Shown one piece after another: positions 37,079-45,422 of a DNA stretch of 51,077 nucleotides. The stretch lies in sequence record ON528718. One strand, given 5' to 3'. The first letter of the stretch is position 1; each line of letters begins with the position of its first letter. This stretch comes from Shigella phage ESh4. The notes under the pieces were generated by a model. It was not told the DNA's origin. It made no database searches and was given only the letters and a program-made list of their open reading frames with translations. The position numbers and the translations under genes are program-made.

Positions 37079-37102
37079 ATAAAAAACCCGCCATTTGGCG
37101 GG
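37079..37102 (-). terminator. intrinsic terminator separating early region from packaging genes
   Basis: CCCGCC-AAAT-GGCGGG followed on minus strand by TTTTTTATT. Confidence 0.65.
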
Positions 37103-37109
37103 TAGTTTG

Positions 37110-37349
37110 TCAATACTTGTATTTTACTTTTTCTGGATTTGTTTTCATAGCGCTGTGAATCTTGCCACCGATTGATAAGTAGTGACCGCGAACCTGCCAA
37201 ACTTTCTGCTCTTCATCCCAAAACGCTAAAGCAAATTCTCCTTTTTTTGACTTATAGCGAACGCCAACAGCCAACACGAAAGATACAGCAACAAAACCGA
37301 TTAGAACACCAACAATTAAAGCAACCAAACCAATAATTACAGAACTCAT
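37110..37349 (-). CDS. small membrane protein (79 aa)
   Basis: N-terminal TMD (VIIGLVALIVGVLIGFVAVSFVLAV). Confidence 0.45.
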   Translation of the reverse strand: MSSVIIGLVALIVGVLIGFVAVSFVLAVGVRYKSKKGEFALAFWDEEQKVWQVRGHYLSIGGKIHSAMKTNPEKVKYKY

Positions 37350-37531
37350 GATATTTTCCTTACAAGATCTATTGAAAACTGGTGAGTGTCTTGATTAGCG
37401 CCGGACAACTCTTTTGCTCTTGCTGCTGCCTCAAGCTCTCCGCGCGCTTCAACCTCACATTCAAAACTTTGTTTGCATGACGAGCAATTACGCCCCATTC
37501 GCCTGATCGTCAGCTTTACTTTGTACTTCAT
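37346..37531 (-). CDS. hypothetical protein (61 aa, Cys pair)
   Basis: ORF track; overlapping stop/start with neighbours. Confidence 0.4.
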   Translation of the reverse strand: MKYKVKLTIRRMGRNCSSCKQSFECEVEARGELEAAARAKELSGANQDTHQFSIDLVRKIS

Positions 37532-37721
37532 CTTTTACGATCTCGCGTTTGATGCAATTGATATTGTGAACTGGGTACAAGTATTCACCAATTCGAATGA
37601 ATTTGCCATCATCATCAATTTCATCCTCATTCACGGTAACAGAAAAGCTATTGCAAGCGTAACCATTTAATGGATTCATCACCATACTATTAAACATGAA
37701 AGTTAATTTGTACTTTTCCAT
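37488..37721 (-). CDS. hypothetical protein (77 aa)
   Basis: ATG at 37721 with AGGTGA RBS (track start 37799). Confidence 0.4.
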   Translation of the reverse strand: MEKYKLTFMFNSMVMNPLNGYACNSFSVTVNEDEIDDDGKFIRIGEYLYPVHNINCIKREIVKDEVQSKADDQANGA

Positions 37722-37867
37722 ATATTCACCTATAAAAAAGGCGATACGTCTTACGGTAAAAACCTGCATATCGCCGTTGTTGCGTGGCAACCGCGCCACC
37801 CGTTCGGCACTAACGCCGCTCTTATGTAAACACCGAAGATGTTAACCAATCAGGAAATCGTTGTCAA

Positions 37868-38098
37868 TCATTCGCGGTCAAACGCGTTTCCCCATCGCCC
37901 ACGAAGATAACCACACAACCAGATGAATTGGGTAATTGTCAGCATTGGCGCAACTGGCTGATAATGTTCGGAAATAATGCCCTTCATAACTTCATCAACA
38001 TACTTCCCGCGCTTTTCAACATCCGCCTTCATTGCCTCGCCGCACTTCTTAGCCTGGCGTTTTGCAGCGTTGAATTGTGCCTCGTTCATTCCAAACAT
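37868..38098 (-). CDS. hypothetical protein (76 aa)
   Basis: ORF track; start overlaps stop of small upstream ORF. Confidence 0.45.
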   Translation of the reverse strand: MFGMNEAQFNAAKRQAKKCGEAMKADVEKRGKYVDEVMKGIISEHYQPVAPMLTITQFIWLCGYLRGRWGNAFDRE

Positions 38099-38226
38099 TA
38101 CAGACCTCTACCCTTCCACAAGTTGTACATTTCGAAATAATGCATTGCCGTTTCAGTGTCGCCGCGCTCTAATGCTTCATCTTGCTTCTGTGCGCACCAC
38201 TGCGACGGTTTTATGTAGTTATCCAT
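38098..38226 (-). CDS. small hypothetical protein (42 aa, below track cutoff)
   Basis: ATG at 38226 with AGGTGA RBS; MDNYIKPSQWCAQKQDE...; stop overlaps next start. Confidence 0.3.
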   Translation of the reverse strand: MDNYIKPSQWCAQKQDEALERGDTETAMHYFEMYNLWKGRGL

Positions 38227-38296
38227 TGAATCACCTTACCTAAAAAATGCCTCGTCAAAATGCGTCCTGTTCGCTGTATGAGGCATTCAATTTTAA

Positions 38297-38611
38297 TTAA
38301 AAATCGTCGAGCAACTCACGAAAGTTGTTAAGCGTTGCAACTTTAGCGCAATCCCACTCCGTCGACCCGGCTTCTTCCCACGGAGAACAAGGCCCGTGAT
38401 TTGTCATGTCGTCGATTAGTGATGAAATTTCATCAACAACAATCTCTTTCAAATGCTCTCGGTGCTCTATGTCTTCAACTGGCTCAAAAGCCTGAATTAC
38501 GCCACCCAAAACGCGTTGCTGTTCTTTCGCATCGTCGAGCGTGTCACAAATTGCTCTGCGCTCCTGCTTGTTTTCGTTTGTCCCGATCTGGTAGTAGTGA
38601 ATGAAAATCAT
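38297..38611 (-). CDS. hypothetical protein (104 aa)
   Basis: ORF track. Confidence 0.45.
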   Translation of the reverse strand: MIFIHYYQIGTNENKQERRAICDTLDDAKEQQRVLGGVIQAFEPVEDIEHREHLKEIVVDEISSLIDDMTNHGPCSPWEEAGSTEWDCAKVATLNNFRELLDDF

Positions 38612-38916
38612 TTATATTTCTCCGCTACATGCTTTGCAACTGATTGTGCGTAATTGGCAAATGCCGACTCCACGCTTTCATTCTTTCGCTTCCAGTTGTG
38701 AACTTTTAAAGCCGTGTATCCATTCTCAGCAAGCCATTTTGCAGTTTCTGCCGCGTCAGTCGGACGTGGTGAGAATTTTTGCTCAAGCTGAGTAAAAAGC
38801 TCTCTTGCAACCTCATGATCAATCATCATTTCATCGGTTGATCCGCAAAGCGCACGAGAACCTACAGCATGCAGGAGTTTCTTTGCTTGTTCTTCTGAAA
38901 GGTTAATCGTGATCAT
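38608..38916 (-). CDS. hypothetical protein (102 aa)
   Basis: ATG 38916 with AGAGGA RBS, overlapping stop of upstream ORF. Confidence 0.45.
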   Translation of the reverse strand: MITINLSEEQAKKLLHAVGSRALCGSTDEMMIDHEVARELFTQLEQKFSPRPTDAAETAKWLAENGYTALKVHNWKRKNESVESAFANYAQSVAKHVAEKYK

Positions 38917-39125
38917 TCCTCTACTACCTCGCATTCGTCATGGTTTACGCCGATGTTATCACCGATTCTAATTTCTTCTGTGTTGCGGATTGCTAACACG
39001 CAGTAAGAACCATCGCGAAAGAATCCGTCAACCTCTACAATGTCTCCAACTTTGAACCCGCATTGCTCAAGGGTAATGCTTCCGTCGTTGTGGTCAATGT
39101 CAACATTGGTGATTCGAATTTTCAT
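38913..39125 (-). CDS. hypothetical protein (70 aa)
   Basis: ORF downstream of promoter-like unit 39158-39202. Confidence 0.5.
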   Translation of the reverse strand: MKIRITNVDIDHNDGSITLEQCGFKVGDIVEVDGFFRDGSYCVLAIRNTEEIRIGDNIGVNHDECEVVEE

Positions 39126-39157
39126 TTTGATTTCCTCTGTTTCGCTTCAATGAGGAC

Positions 39158-39202
39158 ACTTTAACAAATGCCCTCGCGGAAGTTTTAACAAAAAGTGCTA
39201 TT
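39158..39202 (-). promoter_or_regulatory. conserved promoter-like unit
   Basis: Sense AATAGCACTTTTTGTTAAAAC + 22 bp + TAAAGT; upstream gene stop TAA abuts element. Confidence 0.45.
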
Positions 39203-39488
39203 AGCTCATGTAATAGATTTCATCGCGCACAAAATCGTCAAAATCAGATTGCGTTAATGGTCGATCCTCTAGTGCGGCCTGCTCAATCATTTCAACAAGG
39301 GCGCAATCCATATCAAGGTAATGCGCATCAAGATCATACCATGAAGCCATTTGACGCGCCCAGGAGCGGCAATTCTTGAGTCCGTAACGTCGGATACAGT
39401 TTGCCGTGTGAAATGAGTCATTCCAACCACACTCAAGCGCTGCCTTTTCGAATGCGTTAATCAACATCTTACGATTGCTTTTAGCCAT
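39201..39488 (-). CDS. hypothetical protein (95 aa)
   Basis: ORF track. Confidence 0.5.
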   Translation of the reverse strand: MAKSNRKMLINAFEKAALECGWNDSFHTANCIRRYGLKNCRSWARQMASWYDLDAHYLDMDCALVEMIEQAALEDRPLTQSDFDDFVRDEIYYMS

Positions 39489-39531
39489 TTGTTTCCTCCT
39501 TTTAGCGCCACAGAAGCGGCGCTGTTAAACA

Positions 39532-39729
39532 TTATTTCTTCCCAGTCAGGATGTAACGCTTGCCATTTTTAAATCCATCGCCGTAGCCGTAATATGCGCC
39601 AGCCAGGAAGATAATCATTCCGCCGATTGACTCAACAATACCGCTATACCCATAAGCCAAGTGGGAACCAGCGATAATGGCAATAAAAGTGATAATTACT
39701 CTTTTCATACGTGATCCCATACTTCGCAC
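39532..39729 (-). CDS. small membrane protein (65 aa)
   Basis: Two hydrophobic segments (VIITFIAIIAGSHLAYGY, IGGMIIFLAGAYYGYG). Confidence 0.4.
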   Translation of the reverse strand: MRSMGSRMKRVIITFIAIIAGSHLAYGYSGIVESIGGMIIFLAGAYYGYGDGFKNGKRYILTGKK

Positions 39730-39968
39730 TTTTTGACAACCAGCAAACGCAGTTTGTAAGGTCGGAACTTGTGCAACTTTTTAGCGTACTCACGCGCTTC
39801 ACTGTAGCTATTGAACTCCATAGCCCAAAAGCCGAAAGCGTCATCCGTCAGATATTCCCAATCGCCACTGATAACGCGGCGGCGTTGCAGGTAATAAATC
39901 TTGCATTCTGTGCAAGCAACGATCCGGTATTCAGGTTTAAAGATTCGTTTTAGTGCGTTAAAAACCAT
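39705..39968 (-). CDS. hypothetical protein (87 aa)
   Basis: ORF track. Confidence 0.4.
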   Translation of the reverse strand: MVFNALKRIFKPEYRIVACTECKIYYLQRRRVISGDWEYLTDDAFGFWAMEFNSYSEAREYAKKLHKFRPYKLRLLVVKKCEVWDHV

Positions 39969-40081
39969 AGTGCGGCCCTCACTGAATAAATAACTAAGAG
40001 AATCAAGAATAACACAATCATGATTTCATGAAAATCAAATGGCGGCTTTGGATTTGTTGCGTTGTTGTTATTTCCCAGCAT
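39950..40081 (-). CDS. small membrane protein (43 aa, trimmed from track ORF)
   Basis: ATG 40081 with AAGGGA RBS; C-terminal TMD (IMIVLFLILLVIYSV). Confidence 0.3.
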   Translation of the reverse strand: MLGNNNNATNPKPPFDFHEIMIVLFLILLVIYSVRAALWFLTH

Positions 40082-40472
40082 TTCGCGCAATCCCTTTGTA
40101 CATGACGTAAAAATCATTACCAGGCTTTTTGAACTTGATCGCATTTCGCACAAGTCGGCGCATACGTCGCGCATCGTATCGCGCTCGCTGAAATGGCATT
40201 TTCATTGTCTTAACATGGCAGCCGCGATGATCGCTGATTCGCTTAAGCTCAATCAAAACTCCTTGAGTCGCCACCACACAATAATGATCAAAGCCAAGTC
40301 GTCGAGTAATGATATAGCCATTCTTGATGCGTGGTCGGTTAAACTCTTTTAACGATCCGATATAGCGATCGGAAGCCGTTACAATCTCACCTTTACGAAT
40401 GCCGCATCGCTCATCATACACCCAGGTTACAACAAATTTTGTGCCTACGCGGATTTTGTGAAGATCTAACAT
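40068..40472 (-). CDS. hypothetical protein (134 aa)
   Basis: ATG 40472 with AAAGGA RBS, 30 nt downstream of TATAAT of unit 40503-40548. Confidence 0.5.
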   Translation of the reverse strand: MLDLHKIRVGTKFVVTWVYDERCGIRKGEIVTASDRYIGSLKEFNRPRIKNGYIITRRLGFDHYCVVATQGVLIELKRISDHRGCHVKTMKMPFQRARYDARRMRRLVRNAIKFKKPGNDFYVMYKGIARNAGK

Positions 40473-40502
40473 GTTCAAGTCCTTTCGTTGATTGGTGTTT
40501 GC

Positions 40503-40548
40503 ATTATAGCGAGGCATTGCGCCCCGCTTTTAGCAATTCGTGCTATTT
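40503..40548 (-). promoter_or_regulatory. conserved promoter-like unit (variant)
   Basis: Sense AAATAGCACGAATTGCTAAAAG + 22 bp + TATAAT; kinase stop TAG inside element. Confidence 0.55.
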
Positions 40549-41133
40549 GATCTTGATGTGTTGCCACTGGACCGTTTTGATGATCTCGTCAACAGTTTTT
40601 TCTGGCTCGCCATCAATCATTGTGAAGTCGTAATGTTTGACGCGGTAATGGTATCCGCTCAGGTCAATATAGTTTCGTGAATCGCCATCAAAAGTGAATC
40701 CCTCGCGATGCAGTCGGCAAATGTGAACCTCATGGCCTGCCTTAACTAGCGGCTTGATTTCCTCAGGGAATCCGCCGTCACTAATTACAACAGCTAAATC
40801 TCTGTACATCTCGTGTACTTGCTCAACCATGCGATTTCCGAAATATTGCTTGCCAAAAGCTGGCTTCATAACTTCTTCGCTAATCCAGATCATGAACTGG
40901 CGAGGAGACTTGCCTTGCAAGATTGCTTGAGGCTTTTCTTTCTGCTCGCGGTCGTTATACAGATCAATGAACTCGTCATATCGGTAAACGCCAAGCATGG
41001 AAAACGCAATATCAAACATAGGCTGTTTAAACGACGCTTTAACCGCTGCGTAACGATGGCCCGTTAGGTATGCCGCAAGAGTATCCTTGCCAACTCCTGG
41101 CGGTCCGTTAAGGATGATAATGTCGCGTTTCAT
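40543..41133 (-). CDS. deoxynucleoside monophosphate kinase-like P-loop kinase
   Basis: Walker A GPPGVGKDT (GKDT as in T4 gp1 dNMP kinase), size about 200 aa; start set at ATG 41133. Confidence 0.55.
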   Translation of the reverse strand: MKRDIIILNGPPGVGKDTLAAYLTGHRYAAVKASFKQPMFDIAFSMLGVYRYDEFIDLYNDREQKEKPQAILQGKSPRQFMIWISEEVMKPAFGKQYFGNRMVEQVHEMYRDLAVVISDGGFPEEIKPLVKAGHEVHICRLHREGFTFDGDSRNYIDLSGYHYRVKHYDFTMIDGEPEKTVDEIIKTVQWQHIKIK

Positions 41134-41134
41134 A

Positions 41135-41272
41135 TTAGTTGTCTCCATATCGGCTTGAATGTTTACCTGGGTGCTGGCGCTTCTTGCGATAGCGTTGATT
41201 CATCTCGCGGTGCTCGTCGTAGCTGTAGCGCTTCTTCTTTGTTACGATTTTTTCGAAGTTTCGCATCTTCAT
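41135..41272 (-). CDS. small basic protein (45 aa, below track cutoff)
   Basis: ATG 41272 with AGGAGA RBS; MKMRNFEKIVTKKKRYSYDEHREMNQRYRKKRQ... Confidence 0.3.
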   Translation of the reverse strand: MKMRNFEKIVTKKKRYSYDEHREMNQRYRKKRQHPGKHSSRYGDN

Positions 41273-41327
41273 GATCTCCTGTTGTTATCTCAATATAGCG
41301 CACTGCATGAATGCGCTATAGCAAGAA

Positions 41328-41513
41328 TCACCACTTAAAGCCGCTTTCATCCCGCACAATCTGGTAAAGCGCCACCCAAAACCACACAAACCAGAACATC
41401 AGAACAAGAGGCTGATCTTTATCAGTGCAATCACACTCTTTAACCAATGTTAGGGAGATGAATAAACCTGAAATATAAAAGAAAACCACTAAAAATACAA
41501 GTAACCAAATCAT
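41328..41513 (-). CDS. small membrane protein (61 aa)
   Basis: Two TMDs (MIWLLVFLVVFFYISGLFISL, LVLMFWFVWFWVALY). Confidence 0.4.
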   Translation of the reverse strand: MIWLLVFLVVFFYISGLFISLTLVKECDCTDKDQPLVLMFWFVWFWVALYQIVRDESGFKW

Positions 41514-41773
41514 TTGTTGACTCCTTCAATTACCAGCGTGTAAAGCAGAACTGGATTTTGCATGTCGCGGCGGCGCGGCTCTAGTGGCGAATCGTTCCAT
41601 GCACATTTCCCGTTTGCCACAATATGACCCACCAAGTCACTAAGTTTTGAGATTCCATCTCGACTGATAACATTGTACCCAATATCCTCGCCGTCAATAG
41701 AATGGATAGCAAAGAAGCTCGGCGCACCATCAATCCTGTCTACTGCTTTGAAAAACTCAACTTTATTAGCCAT
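41510..41773 (-). CDS. hypothetical protein (87 aa)
   Basis: ORF downstream of promoter-like unit 41805-41851. Confidence 0.5.
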   Translation of the reverse strand: MANKVEFFKAVDRIDGAPSFFAIHSIDGEDIGYNVISRDGISKLSDLVGHIVANGKCAWNDSPLEPRRRDMQNPVLLYTLVIEGVNK

Positions 41774-41804
41774 GATTTAATCCTCGTTTGTTGTAGATGG
41801 GCTT

Positions 41805-41851
41805 ACTATACCGAAAGCCCGATAATCTGTTTTTGCAAAAAGTGCTATTTT
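41805..41851 (-). promoter_or_regulatory. conserved promoter-like unit (variant TTGCAA)
   Basis: Sense AAAATAGCACTTTTTGCAAAAAC + 22 bp + TATAGT; upstream gene stop TAG inside element. Confidence 0.5.
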
Positions 41852-42384
41852 AATTCATCCACGCCGTGCGATTGGATGTGATTATGTGGCTTGTCGTATT
41901 CCGTGACCTGATAGGTTGTGATTCCCAGGCTGCGGAAGTGCTTAACCACGTTCGGCGAATCATCAAAAGCGCACACAATGTTTTCCAGTCCGATAGCGCG
42001 CAAGACTTCTTCTTTGATGATTGTGTCTTTGCGATTGTCTTCCTTGCGGCGCATGATTAACGCATCGTACTTGATGCCGTTTTCGTTAAGCCATTTGCAG
42101 GTGTCCTCCATCACTTCATCGCTACGTCCGGTCAGGATAACCACGGCAAATCCTGACATCCACAATCCGTTAACCACTGCAACCGTGCTTTTAATCGGCG
42201 AATCTCCAACAGCCGCTTTATTGAACTCAGACCAGCTTTCTGTAAGGTGTAAATCTTCTGTCGGCAGCAGGTGCAAGCGATGCGTTCCGTCTGATAACGT
42301 TCCGTCCAGGTCAACGATAACAATCGGCTTGCTCGTGGAAAAATGGTATTTGCTGCCCCAAAGTTCAAATTCGTATTTTTTCAT
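41845..42384 (-). CDS. HAD-family phosphatase (polynucleotide kinase 3'-phosphatase-like)
   Basis: HAD motif I VIVDLDGTL, later SGR and RKD...KEE and DD signature resembling T4 Pnkp phosphatase domain; ATG 42384 with GGAG RBS. Confidence 0.6.
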   Translation of the reverse strand: MKKYEFELWGSKYHFSTSKPIVIVDLDGTLSDGTHRLHLLPTEDLHLTESWSEFNKAAVGDSPIKSTVAVVNGLWMSGFAVVILTGRSDEVMEDTCKWLNENGIKYDALIMRRKEDNRKDTIIKEEVLRAIGLENIVCAFDDSPNVVKHFRSLGITTYQVTEYDKPHNHIQSHGVDELK

Positions 42385-42566
42385 TTTACGCTCCATTTGT
42401 CGCCATCATATGTTGGATCATCAAGTTTTATCTCGCGTATTGTTACTTCGTCGTAACAATCCGGAAGCGTCTCAGCGTGCTGTTCTGCCTTATCAAATGC
42501 GCTGAAGGCTCCCTCAAAGTATTCTCCGTCGTAGTAAATATCACCATGCACAACGTAGACAATCAT
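42381..42566 (-). CDS. hypothetical protein (61 aa)
   Basis: ORF track, translationally coupled. Confidence 0.45.
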   Translation of the reverse strand: MIVYVVHGDIYYDGEYFEGAFSAFDKAEQHAETLPDCYDEVTIREIKLDDPTYDGDKWSVK

Positions 42567-42784
42567 TCTTTCACTTCCTCAAATTCAGCAATTACCATAG
42601 CGTACGCCATAACCTTAGTGCCTTCTCCGCCGTTCAGGAACATTCGATGCCCCTTACTATTGCTCACGTAAAAAGATCCGGTTGATGATTTCAACTTTTG
42701 CGCCATATAGATTTCACCAGGCTTGAACATTCCAGCACAACCATAGTTAACGGAAACGCATTTCATCTTCTTGTTAATGTACAT
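42563..42784 (-). CDS. hypothetical protein (73 aa, trimmed)
   Basis: Track start is TTG inside promoter unit; ATG 42784 with GAAGGGGA RBS lies 30 nt downstream of TATAAT. Confidence 0.45.
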   Translation of the reverse strand: MYINKKMKCVSVNYGCAGMFKPGEIYMAQKLKSSTGSFYVSNSKGHRMFLNGGEGTKVMAYAMVIAEFEEVKE

Positions 42785-42814
42785 CGTTTTATCCCCTTCG
42801 TTGAAAGTGAGGCC

Positions 42815-42859
42815 ATTATACCTGGCCCCGCATTTGAGTTTTAACAATTCGTGCTATTT
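42815..42859 (-). promoter_or_regulatory. conserved promoter-like unit (variant)
   Basis: Sense AAATAGCACGAATTGTTAAAAC + 21 bp + TATAAT with GGCC...GGCC dyad around -10. Confidence 0.55.
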
Positions 42860-43748
42860 ACACTTTGACCTTCCACTTAACCATCGTTCCGCGCTTGATG
42901 CTAATCTCACCAGCAACGGTACGGTTTTTAGCGCCGCCATAGTGAAGCAGAAGAATAACAACATCATCATGAATCTCGATCGTCTTTGGCTTTGCCGTCA
43001 CCTCAAACCACATACCATCATCAAGCTGAACGCCTTTTAGTGTGGCGGCAACTGGCATATCTTCAATGGCGCCCTGCGTTACGATTTCTTGATTGGCAAA
43101 GGCGCTCTTATCAATACGCCAGCCTCCAGGTGCTTTCATTTTAACGGCTGCATTGTGGATCTCCTCGCCAATGGTTTTTTGAATTGACGTCTTCCCGCCG
43201 CCGAATGGTGTTTCCCCAAACAAGTGTTTTGTAATGTCTTCCACGTAGTACACCTTATCTTCTTCATTGTGTGGATTGAATTTGTTATGAGCGTTGACAA
43301 AGAAATCAACCTTAAGCTCTGATTTCTGACCGTCGCTATAAACGCCGTTGTCTTGTGACGTATAGCGAATCGTTGAGTTACCAACCGTGCGGAATACGAT
43401 CGGATACTTGATGTTATCCACGCTTAAGCACCACAATTTTTTATAGTCGCAGGTTTTCATATCTACCGTATGAATCTCTGCGCGTTCCGGTGAGCGCACT
43501 GGCAACACCTGGCCTTTATATGGCTTGTAGTGAAAACATGTGTATCCTGGCATTGCGTAACCGTAGTCTCTGAGTGAGTTGTAGTGTTTATTGTGCGCTT
43601 CAATTAAGTGTTCAATCTCCATTTTTGAAACATCAGGCTTTCCGTATTCGTTAAACTTAGTGCATGTATTTTTGTCTGAAAACATGAAGTGACCAACGCC
43701 GCGAGATTCGAAGGTGATTGGGAATTTAATGTTAGCAAGTTTTAACAT
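42858..43748 (-). CDS. hypothetical protein (296 aa)
   Basis: Largest unassigned early ORF; CAGGAGAAATAACC RBS. Confidence 0.55.
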   Translation of the reverse strand: MLKLANIKFPITFESRGVGHFMFSDKNTCTKFNEYGKPDVSKMEIEHLIEAHNKHYNSLRDYGYAMPGYTCFHYKPYKGQVLPVRSPERAEIHTVDMKTCDYKKLWCLSVDNIKYPIVFRTVGNSTIRYTSQDNGVYSDGQKSELKVDFFVNAHNKFNPHNEEDKVYYVEDITKHLFGETPFGGGKTSIQKTIGEEIHNAAVKMKAPGGWRIDKSAFANQEIVTQGAIEDMPVAATLKGVQLDDGMWFEVTAKPKTIEIHDDVVILLLHYGGAKNRTVAGEISIKRGTMVKWKVKV

Positions 43749-43803
43749 GGTTATTTCTCCTGATTGGTTTAACTGGGCGACGCCGTGCCGCCCTATGTGA
43801 TTT

Positions 43804-43849
43804 ATTATGCCTGGTTATCGTTTTTGAGTTTTAACAAAAAATGCTATTT
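43804..43849 (-). promoter_or_regulatory. conserved promoter-like unit
   Basis: Sense AAATAGCATTTTTTGTTAAAAC + 22 bp + CATAAT. Confidence 0.55.
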
Positions 43850-44033
43850 AGAATTTTACCTCTTCCACAAGCTCAACCATTTTATAACCAAGCCGATAAG
43901 AGTCACCGAACAACAAGATCCCCATAAATTCATCGTGGATTATTGACTCTTTGCCAACCGTTCTAAGCTCGCCGTTGTGAATCACAGTATCGCCGATCTT
44001 GATTTCTGATTTATGGACTAATTTCGTTTTCAT
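43848..44033 (-). CDS. hypothetical protein (61 aa)
   Basis: ORF track; stop TAA abuts conserved element. Confidence 0.45.
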   Translation of the reverse strand: MKTKLVHKSEIKIGDTVIHNGELRTVGKESIIHDEFMGILLFGDSYRLGYKMVELVEEVKF

Positions 44034-44048
44034 TTATTCACCTGCTAA

Positions 44049-44234
44049 TTAAAAGAAAGCTACATAGTTTGCAATGCCTTTGGCGTCGTCGTTTGGCATT
44101 GCCTTTACAGCCAGGTCATAACCTGATTCTACCTTCTGCTTTGCTGTTTCTTCGTTGTAACCCCAGATAACTAGGATTTTAACTACGTTTTCTTTGTTCA
44201 GGACTTTAAGGTCTTTGGTGATGCGACGTGCCAT
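44049..44234 (-). CDS. hypothetical protein (61 aa, trimmed)
   Basis: ATG 44234 with GAGGAAAACAAAA RBS downstream of unit 44268-44313 (track M is TTG). Confidence 0.45.
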   Translation of the reverse strand: MARRITKDLKVLNKENVVKILVIWGYNEETAKQKVESGYDLAVKAMPNDDAKGIANYVAFF

Positions 44235-44267
44235 TTTTGTTTTCCTCAATCTCGTTTCGATGAGGCT

Positions 44268-44313
44268 ATTATGCCAGGCTTTGCACCTGGCGTTTTAACA
44301 AAAAGTGCTATTT
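44268..44313 (-). promoter_or_regulatory. conserved promoter-like unit with CCAGG/CCTGG hairpin
   Basis: Sense AAATAGCACTTTTTGTTAAAAC-GCCAGGTGCAAAGCCTGG-CATAAT, near-identical to unit 48478-48524. Confidence 0.55.
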
Positions 44314-44317
44314 CCGC

Positions 44318-44566
44318 TCAGAGTCCAACATTCTCCTCATCGAATGCAGCCACAAGCCTTGCAAATACAGGATCTCCAGGCATTTCAATTTCAATGACCT
44401 TGATTTCCCTCCCGCATAGGCTTGTGTAAATCTCGCTCGCATCAGATAGCATGTCGCTAAACTCCTGCGCGGTGATTTCACATGCGGTCAAGTGGAAATC
44501 AACCGGTTTGTTAAAGCCCACCTCATCAATTTTTTCCATCAGCTCATCAAGAGTAAGTTTGCTCAT
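44318..44566 (-). CDS. hypothetical protein (82 aa, trimmed)
   Basis: ATG 44566 with GAGGAG RBS, overlapping stop of upstream ORF. Confidence 0.45.
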   Translation of the reverse strand: MSKLTLDELMEKIDEVGFNKPVDFHLTACEITAQEFSDMLSDASEIYTSLCGREIKVIEIEMPGDPVFARLVAAFDEENVGL

Positions 44567-44567
44567 T

Positions 44568-45038
44568 TTATTTCTCCTCATCGTTAAGGTATGTTTCTTT
44601 AATGATCGCGTGAAAGTCTGCGATCGCCTTAGCAAGTGTTTCATATTCATCTGGCGAGTAGTTCGCTAGGTTTGGTGAGACTTTAAGCATCGACTCAGCA
44701 ACCTGGCGTTTTGCTTTCGCTACAGCCTTCTCAAGCGCGGCCTTGTTGTATACCCTGCGATTAGGCGCACTAACAATCGCCACATCAAAGTAATTTTCCC
44801 CGAAATATTTGTGATCAGGGCCGTAAGGTTTCTTTGAAACTGAAACCCTCCCTTTCTCCGCCACTTCTGGAACTCGCCCCATAATCTGACGCAGATATGA
44901 TCCGGCATTGCTGGCTGACTTCTTGCCCTCCAGGTGCTGCCTTACCCATCTTTCAGGTATCTGGATCGATTCGTGCAATCCAGATGCGAGCGCAGTAGCA
45001 ACCTTGCGAAGCTCATTTGTAAATACAGATTCACTCAT
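44568..45038 (-). CDS. hypothetical protein (156 aa), first gene of leftward early operon
   Basis: ORF with GAGAGGG RBS downstream of TTGACA-17-AATAAT promoter. Confidence 0.5.
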   Translation of the reverse strand: MSESVFTNELRKVATALASGLHESIQIPERWVRQHLEGKKSASNAGSYLRQIMGRVPEVAEKGRVSVSKKPYGPDHKYFGENYFDVAIVSAPNRRVYNKAALEKAVAKAKRQVAESMLKVSPNLANYSPDEYETLAKAIADFHAIIKETYLNDEEK

Positions 45039-45069
45039 GCTTTATACCCTCTCGTGATTCAGTGGCTGC

Positions 45070-45098
45070 ATTATTATTTACCATTCCTGGCGTGTCAA
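45070..45098 (-). promoter_or_regulatory. sigma70-like early promoter (TTGACA-17-AATAAT)
   Basis: Perfect -35 TTGACA on minus strand, 17-bp spacer, AATAAT; 30 nt upstream of ORF 44568-45038. Confidence 0.5.
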
Positions 45099-45229
45099 AT
45101 GTTTTTTATTGTTATTGGCAGTTTTTCAATGTTGTCTTTTCATAGCACAACAAGATTCTCGTTTTTCTCCTTATAAATCAATGTTATTTTGGCGTGTTAT
45201 CTAAAAATGCGCGGATTCGCCCCTACCCC

Positions 45230-45370
45230 ATATATACATACCTGCCAACACACAACCACATACAATCACCAAAAATACATCAGACATCAATATGACCACA
45301 TAACATACATAACAGATAGTAATTTATAGATACATATAAATAAATAATCCTTATTTTTTAGTATGTTATA
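45230..45370. repeat. low-complexity CA-rich / TA-rich tract
   Basis: ccaacacacaaccacatacaatcacc...cataacatacataacagatag...; shares the 13-mer acacaaccacata with region 15430-15620. Confidence 0.6.
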
Positions 45371-45422
45371 TGGATTTCTCTTGTTATTTTTTGTTATGCG
45401 ATTCCACGCCGGAATAACACGC

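Noticed and set aside
37722-37867. Possible tRNA or small structured RNA in the 145-bp gap containing GGCGATA...TATCGCC and GTGGC...GCCAC hairpins
   Set aside because: No T-loop GTTCRANYC motif or cloverleaf-compatible arm lengths found by eye; more likely a terminator/attenuator hairpin before the RBS of ORF 37488-37721.
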